A DNA stretch of 64,000 bases, taken from assembly GCA_030390025.1 (NCBI GenBank), contig CM059432.1, positions 97,404,001 through 97,468,000 of the forward strand, written 5' to 3'. Each line of letters opens with the position of its first letter. Position 1 is the stretch's first letter. The DNA comes from Squalus acanthias (Eukaryota). The notes beneath the pieces were generated by a model. The model had not been told where the DNA came from and made no database searches. It saw only the letters and a program-made list of their open reading frames with translations. Shown here piece after piece: positions 50,908 to 62,887 of the stretch. Made by a program: the position numbers and the translations under genes.

Positions 50908-52563
50908 GGGGGCGATTTTCCCAATGGAGGCGGGTTGGAGGCGAGTTTCGGTTTGGGTGGGTTCCAAACTCGCCTCCACTGAGAGGTGGGAAAAAAATTG
51001 TGATTTTTCCGCTAATTGGCCAGTTGATTTCAGAGGTGTGGGTTGTCCTTGGACAATTAGTGTTTTGGGACTGAAACTCTCCTCTGCTGATGTCACTTAT
51101 CCAGCCTCATTTAAGGGCTGCTTGCTGCCTTGGCTCATTCCACTGGATTTTTGTCGATGCTGCACCACCTCCAACATTTTTTCAGAAACTACAATGGCCA
51201 ATTCCAAGGCAAGGGCCTCCCCGAGGTTCTCAGATGAGTCGCTGGGAATGTTGGTTGAGGGGGCGAGAGCCAGCAGGGAGGTGCTCTTCCCCTCATCTGG
51301 GAGGAAGAGGCCTCCCAAAGAAACCACGGCTGTGTGGGTGCAGCTGGCAAGGGATATAACCTCCAGATCTGTGTGCAGCAGAACCTGGATGCAATGCCGT
51401 AAAAGGTTCAATGCCCTTGTAAGATCAGGCAAAGTGAGTATCCCTTCAGCTTGACCCTCCTTCTGCTTCCTTCTCCTCTCATCACTAGCACTCTGCATTG
51501 TCAACCTCCTCCTGCACATCCCACTTTACCCTTACAACCCTTGCACCCTTCACCAACCCTCTCACTCTATGAACCCAATCACTTGACTATTCGACTATGC
51601 TGCCCTCACACTCCCTCTCAATGTTATGCAATGACAACGACTAACAACGCACAGGGAGGGCCCTTGGACATGGAACCTCACTCCATCTTAGTCTCCTTCT
51701 AAGCATCTATACTCTGGACTCTCTACACTCACTCCATCATTCTCACTGCAACTCCACTTATCTCCCTCACTGCAGGAAAAGAGAGCCCACAATAGAAGGG
51801 AAAGGGCGAAGACAGGAGGAGGTCCACGTTCCCTAGCCCATCTCACCCAGGCTGAAGAGGCGGCCCTGGACATCGCCAGCGCAGAGGTGGAGGTGGAAGT
51901 GGGGGATGGACAGATGGGCAAGGCAGAGCAAGCTGGTGACAATAGTTTTACCTCTCTCTCATTTACACTGCTTGAGTGACTGAAATGGCTGCTGGTGTTC
52001 ATGATTAGAATGCCACTTGAGCATCTGCACTATTGCATGTGCATGCCACACTTCCGTCAAATGTCTAACCCATGCCTTTACTCCCCCACAGGACCATCCA
52101 CAGAGCCCCCGCCCCCCCACTGTCCAGGAGGAAGAGGCTGAGCAGCAAGACTCCTCAGGGGAACCTGCAACCTCTGAGGACGCAGCATCAGCAGATGTAA
52201 GCGCACGCAGCACCAGCGCAGATACGCACACATCGGTGGGATCTTTGGGACATAGATTAGTGATGTCACCGTTTGTATCCCATCTCACAGGGTCCATGCA
52301 GAAATAGAACGGTGCTGGAACTCCAGGAGCAGGTGCAGGAGTCTCTGACAGGTCTTGTCTCCAGGGTCACTGCGAGTGTAGAGAAGATGGAGGAGTCCAA
52401 CTCTAACCTGAGCAGTGCCATTGGGGAGGCAATGGCGCATATACACAGCACCATGGAAAGGATGGCAACCTCCTTGGAAAGGCTGGCTACGGCCATGGAG
52501 GCAATAAGTCGCCGGAGTGAGGAAAACATGGTGATTGTTCAGAATAGACTGACATCTCTGGAG
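50908..52563 (+). mobile_element. Harbinger transposon D, left part, with Myb/SANT gene (exons 51194-51433, 51776-51935, 52092-), truncated at a CR1 fragment (~52565-52712, minus)
   Basis: PRFSDESLGMLVEG..WVQLARDI..RTWMQCRKRFNAL|EKRAHNRRERAKTGGG. Subterminal ggaggcgggttggagg shared with family 1 MITEs. Confidence 0.82.
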
Positions 52564-53796
52564 GAGAAAACCCTTCATGATTTTAAACACCTCTATTAAA
52601 TCTCCCCTTGACCATCTCTGCTCTAAGGAGAACAACCCCAGTTTTTCTACTCTCTCCACTAACTCTAGTCCCTCATTCCTGCTACCTGTCTAGTAAATCT
52701 CCTCTGCCTTTTCCATTTCTTGATCACGTTCATTTTAACAGAAGTGGAATTACTGTAATGTGACAACTAGAAATGAATCAGATTATAGTATTCAAATAAG
52801 GAACGAGATGGAACTGAGTTAATATTACAGTACAACAAAGACATAGGCGAGGGTGTTACTGGAATGAAAAGAAATGAAGATGGTCATTTTCTTTAATTTT
52901 TTGCACTCATAATGTTTCAAAATGTCAAGGAAAAATATGGTAACAGGACTGTACATCAAAGCAAGGTCAATGAATCATGAAAAGGGTTCCAGGGCATACA
53001 AAGCACAGCTAAAGAGTCAATGATGACAGCAAATTCTTTACCTGCCATTGCATCAATCCAAGAGTAAATAACTCTTTTAATTGTTGTACAGTAAACATAG
53101 GATTTTATTCATAATACAAAATTGAGGAATGTATGTGCAAGTGGAGGGCAGAGCGGGAAAGATTCTGATACAGCTTTGTAACCAGAGCACTTTTTATATT
53201 TTATTTCAGGATTAATCAATAAAGCTATGAAAAAAAACAATTTTTGAGGGAAAAAATGTGTTTACTTCTTTGAAGTTGGTATTATGAAGGTATACGTTAA
53301 CCATTTAGTCACTGTACATACTTTTGTACAACAATCTGAAAAGGTTTCCATTTATATATACTGAGTCGTGTTATTGACATGATCGTGCAACAGTGGTAGT
53401 CTTGCAGTTGTCCATCAGCAGGGAGAACAGTTTTTATGTGGGGTAGGGGATGGGGCTGAAGATATTTTTATGTTAGCATCCAAATAATGCTGCGAAGACA
53501 TATAAAAAGGGAGATTATCATCTCTCCTCCTTAGGTTATCCCAGTTTGCTCTGAGCAAGGAGAAGGAGATGGAAATCTGTTAAAAGTTGAAAATAGTCGG
53601 CTGCTATACAGCTAGTTCATATTTCTTGTTTCTGTAGCTGCAGGTGCAGACTGTACAATGCCTGTTTGATTAGCAACTGTCCTACAATGATTTTGTTTGT
53701 TGTGGAAGATGTCCGATAAGGAGTTACATTAAGAAGATGCAACTTCTTGTTGCAAACGTTGACAACTGTGTGAGGGGTTGTGCATTGTGGGGTCTC

Positions 53797-53971
53797 TAGG
53801 GCAATTCAGCCATGGGGGTTCTCCCAATCTCCTTACCATAGCTTCAGTGTAAAATCGCCAAAACCCCTGGAGAAATGATACAAACAACTGTTAATGCCAT
53901 TTCTCCAGAGTTTCTGCCATTGTATTTCCACAATGGGAGATCAGGAGAATCCCCATGGAAATTCTACCCCC
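53797..53971. mobile_element. Short decayed MITE
   Basis: ccatgggggttctcc / ggagaatccccatgg inverted ends. Confidence 0.5.
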
Positions 53972-54158
53972 TTGTGTCTCCAGGTAGAATGTAACTAGGC
54001 ATGAGAACATGAACTGCCCTTGCTTTTTGGTACTGACCTTTTCCCTTTCTGTTTGGACCTAAAAACTTATCATTTTATGATCACTACTCCATAGGTACTC
54101 ACCCACATTTAACTCAACTTCCTCATGTGTTTCATTACTCATATCTAGGTTTAACAAT

Positions 54159-54886
54159 GACCCAAAATTTTCTGTCAAAATAATGATGAAGCTAATGGCG
54201 CTCGCCATTACTTATGCGCAAATGCCACAGCAACTTCAGGCGAGGGCAGATGCGCGATTAAACACAGAAATCGAAAAGTTGCTCCGCCATTAGCTTTGCT
54301 AAAACTGCAAATCACTGTCAAGCTCCCCATTCAAATGCATTGAGTGGCATGAAGTTGCTGTATATGCACGGTAGATACAAACCAAACTCGCCACAGAAAA
54401 TTAAGTCATCATTTCAAGTCTCAGTATCTTTTTAACGACATGATAAGTGTTTATTACTGCCAGTCAACCTCTCTGGCAATGAAAATTAACTATTGTAAGT
54501 GTGGAATCTCATTCCTTCAGGCTTTAATTGTTGTTGGAGATTTAAATTAAAAAATTGTTACTTTTTCTTTGTCTCTTTTTTCTCTCTCTCTTAATCCAAC
54601 CTTTCTTTCCCTCTCTTTATTTTTCTTTCTGTACCTGATTTTATATTGAATTCATTCACTCTAATTTACACTTCTTTCTCAGTCCTTGCGCAGTTAATTT
54701 CACAATCTTTCAATCTGATTAGTTAAGGAGATGAACGGTTGCTTGTCCTGTTCACTCAGGTTCCAGATGCCCTGTAGAGGGCACTGCGTTGTTTCCACCT
54801 CCCACAACTTGCAGCGCAAAATATCATGGTGATTAAATGGGCAAGTGCAAGTCTAACTAATGACCGGTTACAACAAATTCTAGGCT
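54159..54886. mobile_element. Decayed Harbinger-type MITE
   Basis: gacccaaaattt / aaattctaggct ends. AAT/ATT flanks. Confidence 0.6.
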
Positions 54887-54899
54887 ATTGCCTCTCATT

Positions 54900-55510
54900 T
54901 TGTAGGCATTCAAACATGCTTGAGGAAAGAGTCCTGGACATACTTTAGGAATTCCATTCCCTTTTCTCTGTTTACTCCCTCCATGCCCCAATCAATGAGT
55001 GGGTAATCCAAATCTCCTGGAACAGTAATTTTGTTATTCCTACTCATCTCCTTTATCTGTCTGTAGATTTCCTCTTCCATTTCACACAAGCAATTAGAGG
55101 GTCTGTAGTACAACCCCACTAATCTAACAATCCCTTTGCTTCAGTGAGTCCAAGACAGAAGGAAATTGGGAAAGTAGTAAATCCTAAATTGGTTCAAAGC
55201 AAGGTGAGAGATATTATAAAAATAAAAGTAAATATTAGTGAAATAGTTTAAGCTAAAGAAGGGCAAAGTGTCAGGACCTGATTGGATACATCAGAGGATC
55301 CTAAGGGAACTTGAGGAAGAAAGAGTGGAGGCCCTAGAAATTGTATTTCAGGGTTCTATCGAGAATAGATGTGTGCTGGAGGAGAGTAGCCAATGCAAAA
55401 CCCATTTTCAAAAGGGAAAACAGAGCTAACACAAATAATTATAGATCAATCAGTTTAACATTTGTGGTACAGGAAATATTTGGGATCTTTAATTCAAGAT
55501 GAAATTACTG
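54900..55510. mobile_element. Old CR1 fragments (minus ~54900-55140, plus ~55140-55510)
   Basis: GLYYRPSN..FLKYVQDSFL, plus decayed KVSGPD and NYRSISLT remnants. Confidence 0.65.
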
Positions 55511-55814
55511 AAGAGGAAATTTGAACTCCCTGGCAGAAAGCTGGTGGAACGAGCGGGCTGATCAGCTGGGAACTGCAGGAGGCCTGGTCCATTTTAAAGC
55601 CTGGGTATCATATAAATTCAGCAGACAAGCTACCTGCCTGAACCAGGCATCCAAAGGCAACTCATGGGGGCCGCCCAGCCGGCATGCAGGTAAATCATCA
55701 GGAAAGGGGTTTGGTAGGATTCCGTGAATGCGGAAGTGGGGGTGGTGAGAAAGCACGGGGCACCAGTGGACCAAAATTTCTTCATGGGGTTTGGAGAAGA
55801 ATCCCTGCTCTTCT

Positions 55815-56219
55815 TGGATGCAGCCCGCTTGATTGGCACCCCATCCACCACCTTAAACATTCACTCCCTCCACCACCGACGCACCATGGCTGCAGGCTTC
55901 TTCGGCAGCACCTCCCAAACCCGCGACCTCTTCCACCTAGAAGGACAAGGGCAGCAGGCGCATGGGAACATCATCACCTCCAAGTTCCCCTCCAAGTCAT
56001 ACACCATCCTGACTTAGAAGTATATCGCCGACCCTTCATCGTCGCTGGGTCAAAACCCTGAAACTCCCTACCTAACAGCACTGTGGGAGTACCTTCACCA
56101 CACGAACTGCAACGGTTCAAGAAGACGGCTCACCACCACCTTCTCAAAGGCAATTAGGGATGGGCAATAAATGCTGGCCTTGCCAGCAATGCCCACTTCC
56201 CATAAACGAATCAAAAAAA
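55815..56219 (+). mobile_element. 3' end of a CR1-group LINE with GGGCAATAAATGCTGGCC tail
   Basis: AARLIG..LNIHSLHHRRT coding remnant, 3' UTR and A-rich end. Confidence 0.8.
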
Positions 56220-57924
56220 TATATAAATTATCCATTTGTACATATTCATAAGGCAACTGCCTGAATCAGGAGGCCCTTCAATTGCCTAGGAAAACAACGG
56301 CATAAAAATGCTGCAGGGAACGAACAGAATGGTAAGTGTGCTGCTTTCATTTTAACTCCTACAGGTCAATGGAAAGGAAAATTGGGCAGTGTCTATAGTG
56401 AGCAGCCAATCCGATACCAGCAGTTATCCACCCCCGCCAGAGTTACAGCTTCCATCTTTCTCTCCCTCCCCATTCTCTGTTGTATTTACTTTAAACACTA
56501 TGCAGTTATAAAGTAATAAAAGGCAGCATCTTAAAAATGAAATCAGACACAATTTTTTTTAAAGTCAGAAGCTTGTTATTGTAACAAGGGCTGAAATGTG
56601 AAACAGGATTGCGAGGACACGCAAGGTTAAAGTTTGACTGATTATGCCATGTCTGTCAGAATCAGATTATCATGCCATATAACATTCAGGAGCAATGCTA
56701 CCATTGGCAAATGGTAAAAGGTTTGCAGCCTAACTGAGCATTATGTAAATGATGTTTGAAATGTGTTGCTATACCATACAGATGGGGAATTCTTAGTGGC
56801 TTTGCCACTAACAAATTCTGTATAAGGAATGAAATGCAAAGGCCCTCCGAACTAAAAGAGGACTGGAATGTTAAATGTATCTAACCCTAACTAGCCTTTA
56901 AATGACCGCACAATGACATAGCACATCAAAGCCACAGGGTATTTTCTATGATAATATAAGACCACCGGTGCAGAAACATTGTTTTACAGATAGGTAGTAC
57001 TCTTTATTCTTTTCTTCAGTGGACAGGAATAATGCATGTCAGAAAACGAAAGTCACTAGCTCCTTCGGGCTCATGGCCCGACTTCACACTGTGGTTTATT
57101 TTTCAGTAAACCACTGAGTTCTTTTATATATATTTTAGAATTCAAATTGTTTTTTTGAATCAAAATCTGGCATAGGATTAGAATAAATTGTGGCAACATT
57201 GGGATTTTAAAATAGTTTAAAATGGTGCGGGACTATTGCCACTTGCCACAAGAAGATAAAAAAATGCAATCAATGCAACAATCATCCAAGGTATCATCAC
57301 TTACTAAATATTGCCAGGCTGGTATAAAAGTCCTCTTGACATCAAAACCCAACTTTCTTGGACAGACTCCAATTATTTGTTTTATTGCCAAGTTTAGTTG
57401 ACATGCTGGACACAGCTGGATAAAGCAAAATTTGTACTTAGACTCACAACACAGATTAGCAGTCAGTACACTAAGCCGTATAACATGCTAAGGTAAATGT
57501 CAACACTATGCACGCTGTTATATCAGTTTCAGCGAGCTTTGCTCTACATACACGATTAGGTAAAGTACCAAAACATTAAATAGCTACTATAAAACAGAGG
57601 TTAAATAAGGGGTTCAGGATTATATTCATCTAAGCTCTCTGGAGCCTGTGGATTGGCAAAAACTCAAATAGCTAAATCATGGAGTATCTTTTCACTACAG
57701 TGGAAAAATAAAGTGTCAGGTTTGGAACCAAGTTCTCAGTTTAATCAAAATTTGCCTGGAAACAGAGACCACTGTGCTTCAAACACTTTTAAGTTTTCAG
57801 TAATATTCTTGCCACAGCAGGTGTTTGTTTGACAGGCTAAAAGGCAGCCTAATGCCAGGATCAGTGGGAGATACTTAATTTCCAATCTCCTGTAAAATCT
57901 CCAATCTGTCATTAACCTTAACAT

Positions 57925-58176
57925 AATTCAACTTTAGCAAGTTACATTGCTCCTCACTTGGTGGCAGAACTTTCAGCTGTCTTGGGCCCCGCCCCCTCTG
58001 GAGCTCCCTGCCTAAACCTATTCACCTTGTTACATCCATCCCTGCCTTTAGAAGCCTTCTTAAAATGTATCTTCTGACTTTGTCTTCAGCTAAGTATTCC
58101 ATCGCTTGGTCCATCTCTTTCTTGTGTGAAGTGCCTTGGGACATTTTGTTGTGTTAAAGGTACTATCCAAAAGCAA
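57925..58176 (+). mobile_element. Old L2 3' fragment; tail resumes at 59502-59523 after the RTE insertion
   Basis: ggtggcagaactttcagc..tgtgaagtgccttgggacatttt..gttaaagg, with gttgttg tail after the RTE. Confidence 0.75.
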
Positions 58177-58177
58177 G

Positions 58178-59501
58178 GGATTATTGAGTGTCCTCCTCAA
58201 ATTCGGCTGCCCTCAAAAGTTTGTCACCATCCTCCGCCTGCTTCACGACGACATGCAAGCCATGATCCTGACCAACGGTTCCACCACAGACCCAATTCAC
58301 GTATGAACCTGGGTCAAGCAAGGCTGTGTCATCGCACCAACGCTCTTCTCGATCTTCCTTGCTGCAATGCTCCATCTCAACCTCAGTAAGCTCCCCACTG
58401 GAGTGGAGCTAATTTACAGAACAAACGGGAAACTGTTCAACCTCCGTCGCCTCCAGTCCAGATCAAAGGTCGTCCCATCCTCTGTCATCGAATTACAGTA
58501 TGCAGACAGCACTTGCGTCTGCGCTCACTCGGAGGTCGAACTCCAAACAATCGTCAACACCCTCACCGAAGCATACGAGAGCATTGGCCTTATACTAAAC
58601 ATCCGTAAGACAAAGGTCCTCTACCAACCTGCCCCCGTCACACAGTACTGCCCCCGATTATCAAAATCCACAACAAGGCCTTGGACAACGTGGACCACTT
58701 TCCATACCTTGGGAGCCTACTGTCAACAAGGGCAGACGTCGATGACGAAGTCCAACACCGCCTTCAGTGTGCCAGTGCAGCCTTCGGTCACCTGAGGAAG
58801 AGAGTGTTTGAAGACCAGGACCTCGAACCCGGCACTAAGCTCATGGTCTACAGAGCAGCAGTGATACCCGCCCTGCTGTATGCCTCAGAGACATGGACCA
58901 TATACAGCAGGCACCTCAAAGCACTGGAGAGGTACCACCAACGCTGCCTCCGCAAGATCCTGCAAATTCATTGGCAAGATAGGTGCACCAACGTCAGTGT
59001 TCTCGCTCAGGCCAACATCCCCAGCATCGAAGCTTTGACCACGCTCAATCAGCTCCGATGGATGGGTCACATTGTCCGCATGCCCGATACGAGACTCCCA
59101 AAACAAGTGCTCTACTCGGAGCTCCGGCACGGCAAGAGAGCCCCAGATGGGCAGAGGAAACGCTTCAAGGATACCCTCAAAGCCTCCTTGAAAAAGTGTA
59201 ACATCCCCACCGACACCTGGGAATCCCTGGCCCAAGACTGCACAAAGTGGAGGAGAAGCATCCGGGAAGGCGCCGAACACCTCGAGTCTCTTCGCCGGGA
59301 GCAAGCGGAAGCCAAGCGCAGGCAGTGCAAGGAGCGCACGTCAACCCAAGCACCCCACCCACCCGCCCCTTCAACCACCGTCTGCCCCATCTGTGACAGA
59401 GACTGTAGGTCCCGCATTGGACTCATCAGTCACCTGCGAACTCATTTTTAATGTGGAAGCAAGTCATCCTCGGTTCCGAGGGTCTGCCTAAGAAGAAGAA
59501 G
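58178..59501 (+). mobile_element. RTE-clade LINE, 5'-truncated
   Basis: VKQGCVIAPTLF, LQYADS, FPYLGS, LLYASETW, LRWMGHIVRM, C-terminal C2H2 CPIC..HLRTH. (AAG)n tail. Degenerate TSD atccaaaagcaa/atacaaatgcaa. Confidence 0.93.
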
Positions 59502-59640
59502 ATACAAATGCAAATAGTTGTTGACCCAATGATCCACAATATGACTGCAGTGTTATAGTGCTCCACAGGATCTTTGATTGTCTATGACTATACTTACCCT
59601 TAGATCTTCAATCCTGCTCTTAACCAGGTACTCCTAACTA

Positions 59641-60016
59641 GGGGGACGGTAGCATAGTGGTTATGTTACTGGACTAGTTAATCCAGAAAACCTGGACTAA
59701 AAATCCAGTAGAATATGTTCAAATCCCACAATGGCAGCTGGGGAATTTAAATTCAGTTAATTAAGTAAATCTGGGATAAGAAGCTAGTATCAGTAATTCA
59801 ACTGTTGTAAAAACCCAATCATTTAGGGAAGGAAATCTGCTGTCCTTACCTGGTCTGGCCTATATGTGACTCCAAACCCACAGCAATGTGGTTGACTCTT
59901 AACTGCCCTCTGCGGTTCAAGAAGGCAGCTCACCACCATCTTCTGAACAGCAATTCGAGATGGGCAATAAATGCTGGCCTTACCAGTGACACCCACATCC
60001 TATGGATGAATTAAAA
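59641..60016 (+). mobile_element. tRNA-derived SINE with LINE-derived tail
   Basis: A box tagcatagtgg and B box gttcaaatc. ACTCCTAACTA TSD at 59630-59640 and 60017-60027. Tail matches 56113-56219. Confidence 0.88.
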
Positions 60017-60670
60017 ACTCCTAACTACAAATTATTGCATCTATTTTTGAGGAAAGCAATTTCCACAATGCTGATGGTAATGAGAATGGTGAATCTAAAT
60101 TTGTGCAAGTTCGACTCAGAAATTGCCAAAGCCAAGTTTGCTCAATTCTCACCAATGAATGGAAAGGCTCATTCCTTCCATTCACACAACCTACTGATTA
60201 AAGTGGCATGGAGTAATTGTTTCCTTCTGTTCCAAGGTGATGATAAACACCTGATTATACAGAAGACAATGCTATGTTGCTGAATTCCAGCATGAATTTT
60301 ACTAATTGTTCCATTAATGTTGACAATTTCCTCTTTTGCACTTTAAAATTCCAGTCTCAATATATGTACAAAAAGACCTTCATGTGACAAAGGATGCTAA
60401 TGTATAAAATCTACCCTCAAGCTCATTCTTAAAATGTAAGCATAAATTTCACAAGGCAAGGCTTCCAGCATGGAGCCTCACTTGACAGAAAAACGGATCA
60501 GTAAATGGGGCATGGAGGTCAACTTAACTGAATCATGGCACTGCCAATTTTCCAGAGATTATTTCTGGTACTAATTGCCAGAAGATATCAAATTTAATTA
60601 TATTATGGCCTCTTGTTCCCAAAGGTTTCACTGCTTCTAGATGCAGGTTCCCCCTGTTGAGGTTCATATT

Positions 60671-61407
60671 GGGCCAAAACTTCGGCACTTGCCAGGTGAG
60701 TACGCACTGTGTACTCACCCGCAAGGCCTCCTGAAGCGCGGGAAACCGGAACTTCCGGTCTGGTGAAGGGAGCGGTTCAGAGGTGAACCGCGTGCGCGGT
60801 AGAGGCTGCGCGCACGCAGCAAACTTAGGTTTTTTTTCAGGTTTCTCCGGGAGGGTAAGTATTGAAGAACCTGCGCTTTTAAAAAGGAAGCGCAGGACCC
60901 GTTTTCAACAAGGTAAGTGGTTAATTAATTATAATTTAAAAAAATTTTCAACAGATTTATCTTTTTTACATACTTTAAAGAAAGGTAAGTTTATTTTTAG
61001 CACTGTTAAAAAGTATTTTAATTTTTTCAAAAATTTAAATTTTTTTTTAAAGTAGTTAAATTATTTAACTTATAGTTATTTTATAAATGTGATGGTTTTA
61101 AAAAAATTTATTTGAAGTTTAGCTGTTCTTTTGGGGCCGATTTCAATTCATAGATTTGACAGGTCTTCCTGTCAAATCTATGAATGAAAGATGGTCTGCT
61201 GCCATTGGCTCTCCATGGCCCACGTGATCCCAGGGGACGCATCGCACTAACTACGCCCCTGGGACACGCAAGCACTGCGCGCCGGCACTTGGAGCAGGCC
61301 CAGGAGCTGAAGTTCCCGTGGGCCCAGAGGTCAACGGCAGGCGCGGTAGGTAAGTGCGCGCGCGATCCTTACCCCCGCGGCAAGCCGGGGAGGCGAATTT
61401 CAGGGCC
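60671..61407. mobile_element. Harbinger-type MITE, family 2
   Basis: gggccaaaacttcg / cgaatttcagggcc ends. Collinear with 43098-43751. Confidence 0.9.
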
Positions 61408-61420
61408 AATGTAATTTATT

Positions 61421-62107
61421 GGTGCCAATTTTAGGTCCCCTCCTTTGCACCAACATTTTGGGCAGTGTGCTGCTGGAGCCAGATGAGACAGCAAATTGAC
61501 CTCATTTGTATGTTACTGGCAAGCTGTGGACACCAGTCACGGCCCCAGAAGCAGCTCACAGATCGCAGGCAAAATCATCCAGCTGGCATACCAACTGAAT
61601 GCCTAAGGTGAATCCGAGAAGTTGGGGGGTGCGGCAATCAGGAGGGGATGAGTGCAGGCCAGCAGTGGCCCATAGTTTTAATGTGGCACCAGGAGGAGCA
61701 CTCCTGCCTTTCCTGGCTCCAAATTCAGGTAAGTAAAACCTTTTAACTTACCTTTTGGGCGGCAGCCTCCAGCAGTCCCTTTAAGAACTGATGGTTTGGC
61801 TGCTGTGCGCCTGAAACTACTGATTGCAGCATGTACAGTGCATGCTGCGTTCAGTCTGGACCCAGTTTCACAAAGGGTCCTGAAACAGCTGTTAGGCCTA
61901 TTGCCTATGCAAATCGGGGACCTAGTGCCTGTTTCAGGCAGGTGCCCTGGATGACTACAGGGAGCCCTAACTAATATGGTTATATAACCAATATGTGTTG
62001 CACTTCCGGGGCAGACTAAGTACGTACCTGTCATGTACCATATTCGGCTCTGCAGTGCCCTTTTTTCAGCCAAAAAGGTGGGTGTTGCACTGTTGAATTT
62101 CTAGCCC
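61421..62107. mobile_element. Decayed Harbinger-type MITE
   Basis: Right end gaatttctagccc. Homology to 5979-6432. Confidence 0.6.
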
Positions 62108-62524
62108 TAAAAGTTTTGGTTTAATCTTCTCTGTAATATTACCCCTGTTGTTAAATTAGACAATAGTACTTTCATTTTTTTTCACTTTGTTATGTTTATA
62201 ATAAGTCAAAAGATCAAAACTAAATACAAAATGTGCATAGTAAAGGAAATAAAATGCCTTAAAACAATTGACTTATGAATTGAAGGGTTTATAGCTATGA
62301 ACAGTAAAAGTGCTTCTCCATAGTATCTTGCTTTAACCAACAAGAGAAATACAAGCTATACGTACCACAAACTAGATTTACTGATGTCCCACAGTACCGT
62401 TTATCCTTTGGGTCATTATTAACAAGCATAATATTATAGACAAAACAAAACTGGATTAACAAGTCCTGCATTATTAAATAGTAGTAAATACTATTCCAGT
62501 TAATTGTGTCAAATTAGAATCATA

Positions 62525-62887
62525 GGGGGAAAAATTCGGTACCTTAGCACCTCCCGTTAGCGGCAGCAGATGGTGCTAACGGGGTGCGAGAGCATTATCG
62601 CTGGGGCAAGGCGAATCCAACGGCACATGCCAAATCCCGCACCCCACGCAGCGCCGCTGCTAATAGTTATTGCCGGGAGCCTAAACACGAGGTGGATCAT
62701 GATGTCAGTGAGTGTGCAATGCTCACTGACCGCCCGATCTGCAAAATTGATTTTCGCCTCCTACCTTAGCGCCTGGAGTAAACAGCGACAGGGAGAGTTG
62801 GCATGAAGCACCAGGAAGCCAGCTCCAGGGACGTTATTTAAAGGGATCATCAGTAATGAGTCACAGCTGTAGGTTAGTGGAATTTAA
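62525..62887. mobile_element. Left end of a Harbinger element (E1), interrupted by E2
   Basis: gggggaaaaattcgg TIR. Subterminal homology to ~48290-48340 (reverse) and 36075-36230. Confidence 0.75.

Noticed and set aside
58885..59426. Antisense ORFs over the RTE (and similar ones over Gypsy, L2, Penelope and Harbinger)
   Set aside because: Shadow frames of GC-rich TE coding sequence.
59641..59735. tRNA gene
   Set aside because: A and B boxes only, no cloverleaf. It is the head of a SINE with a TSD.
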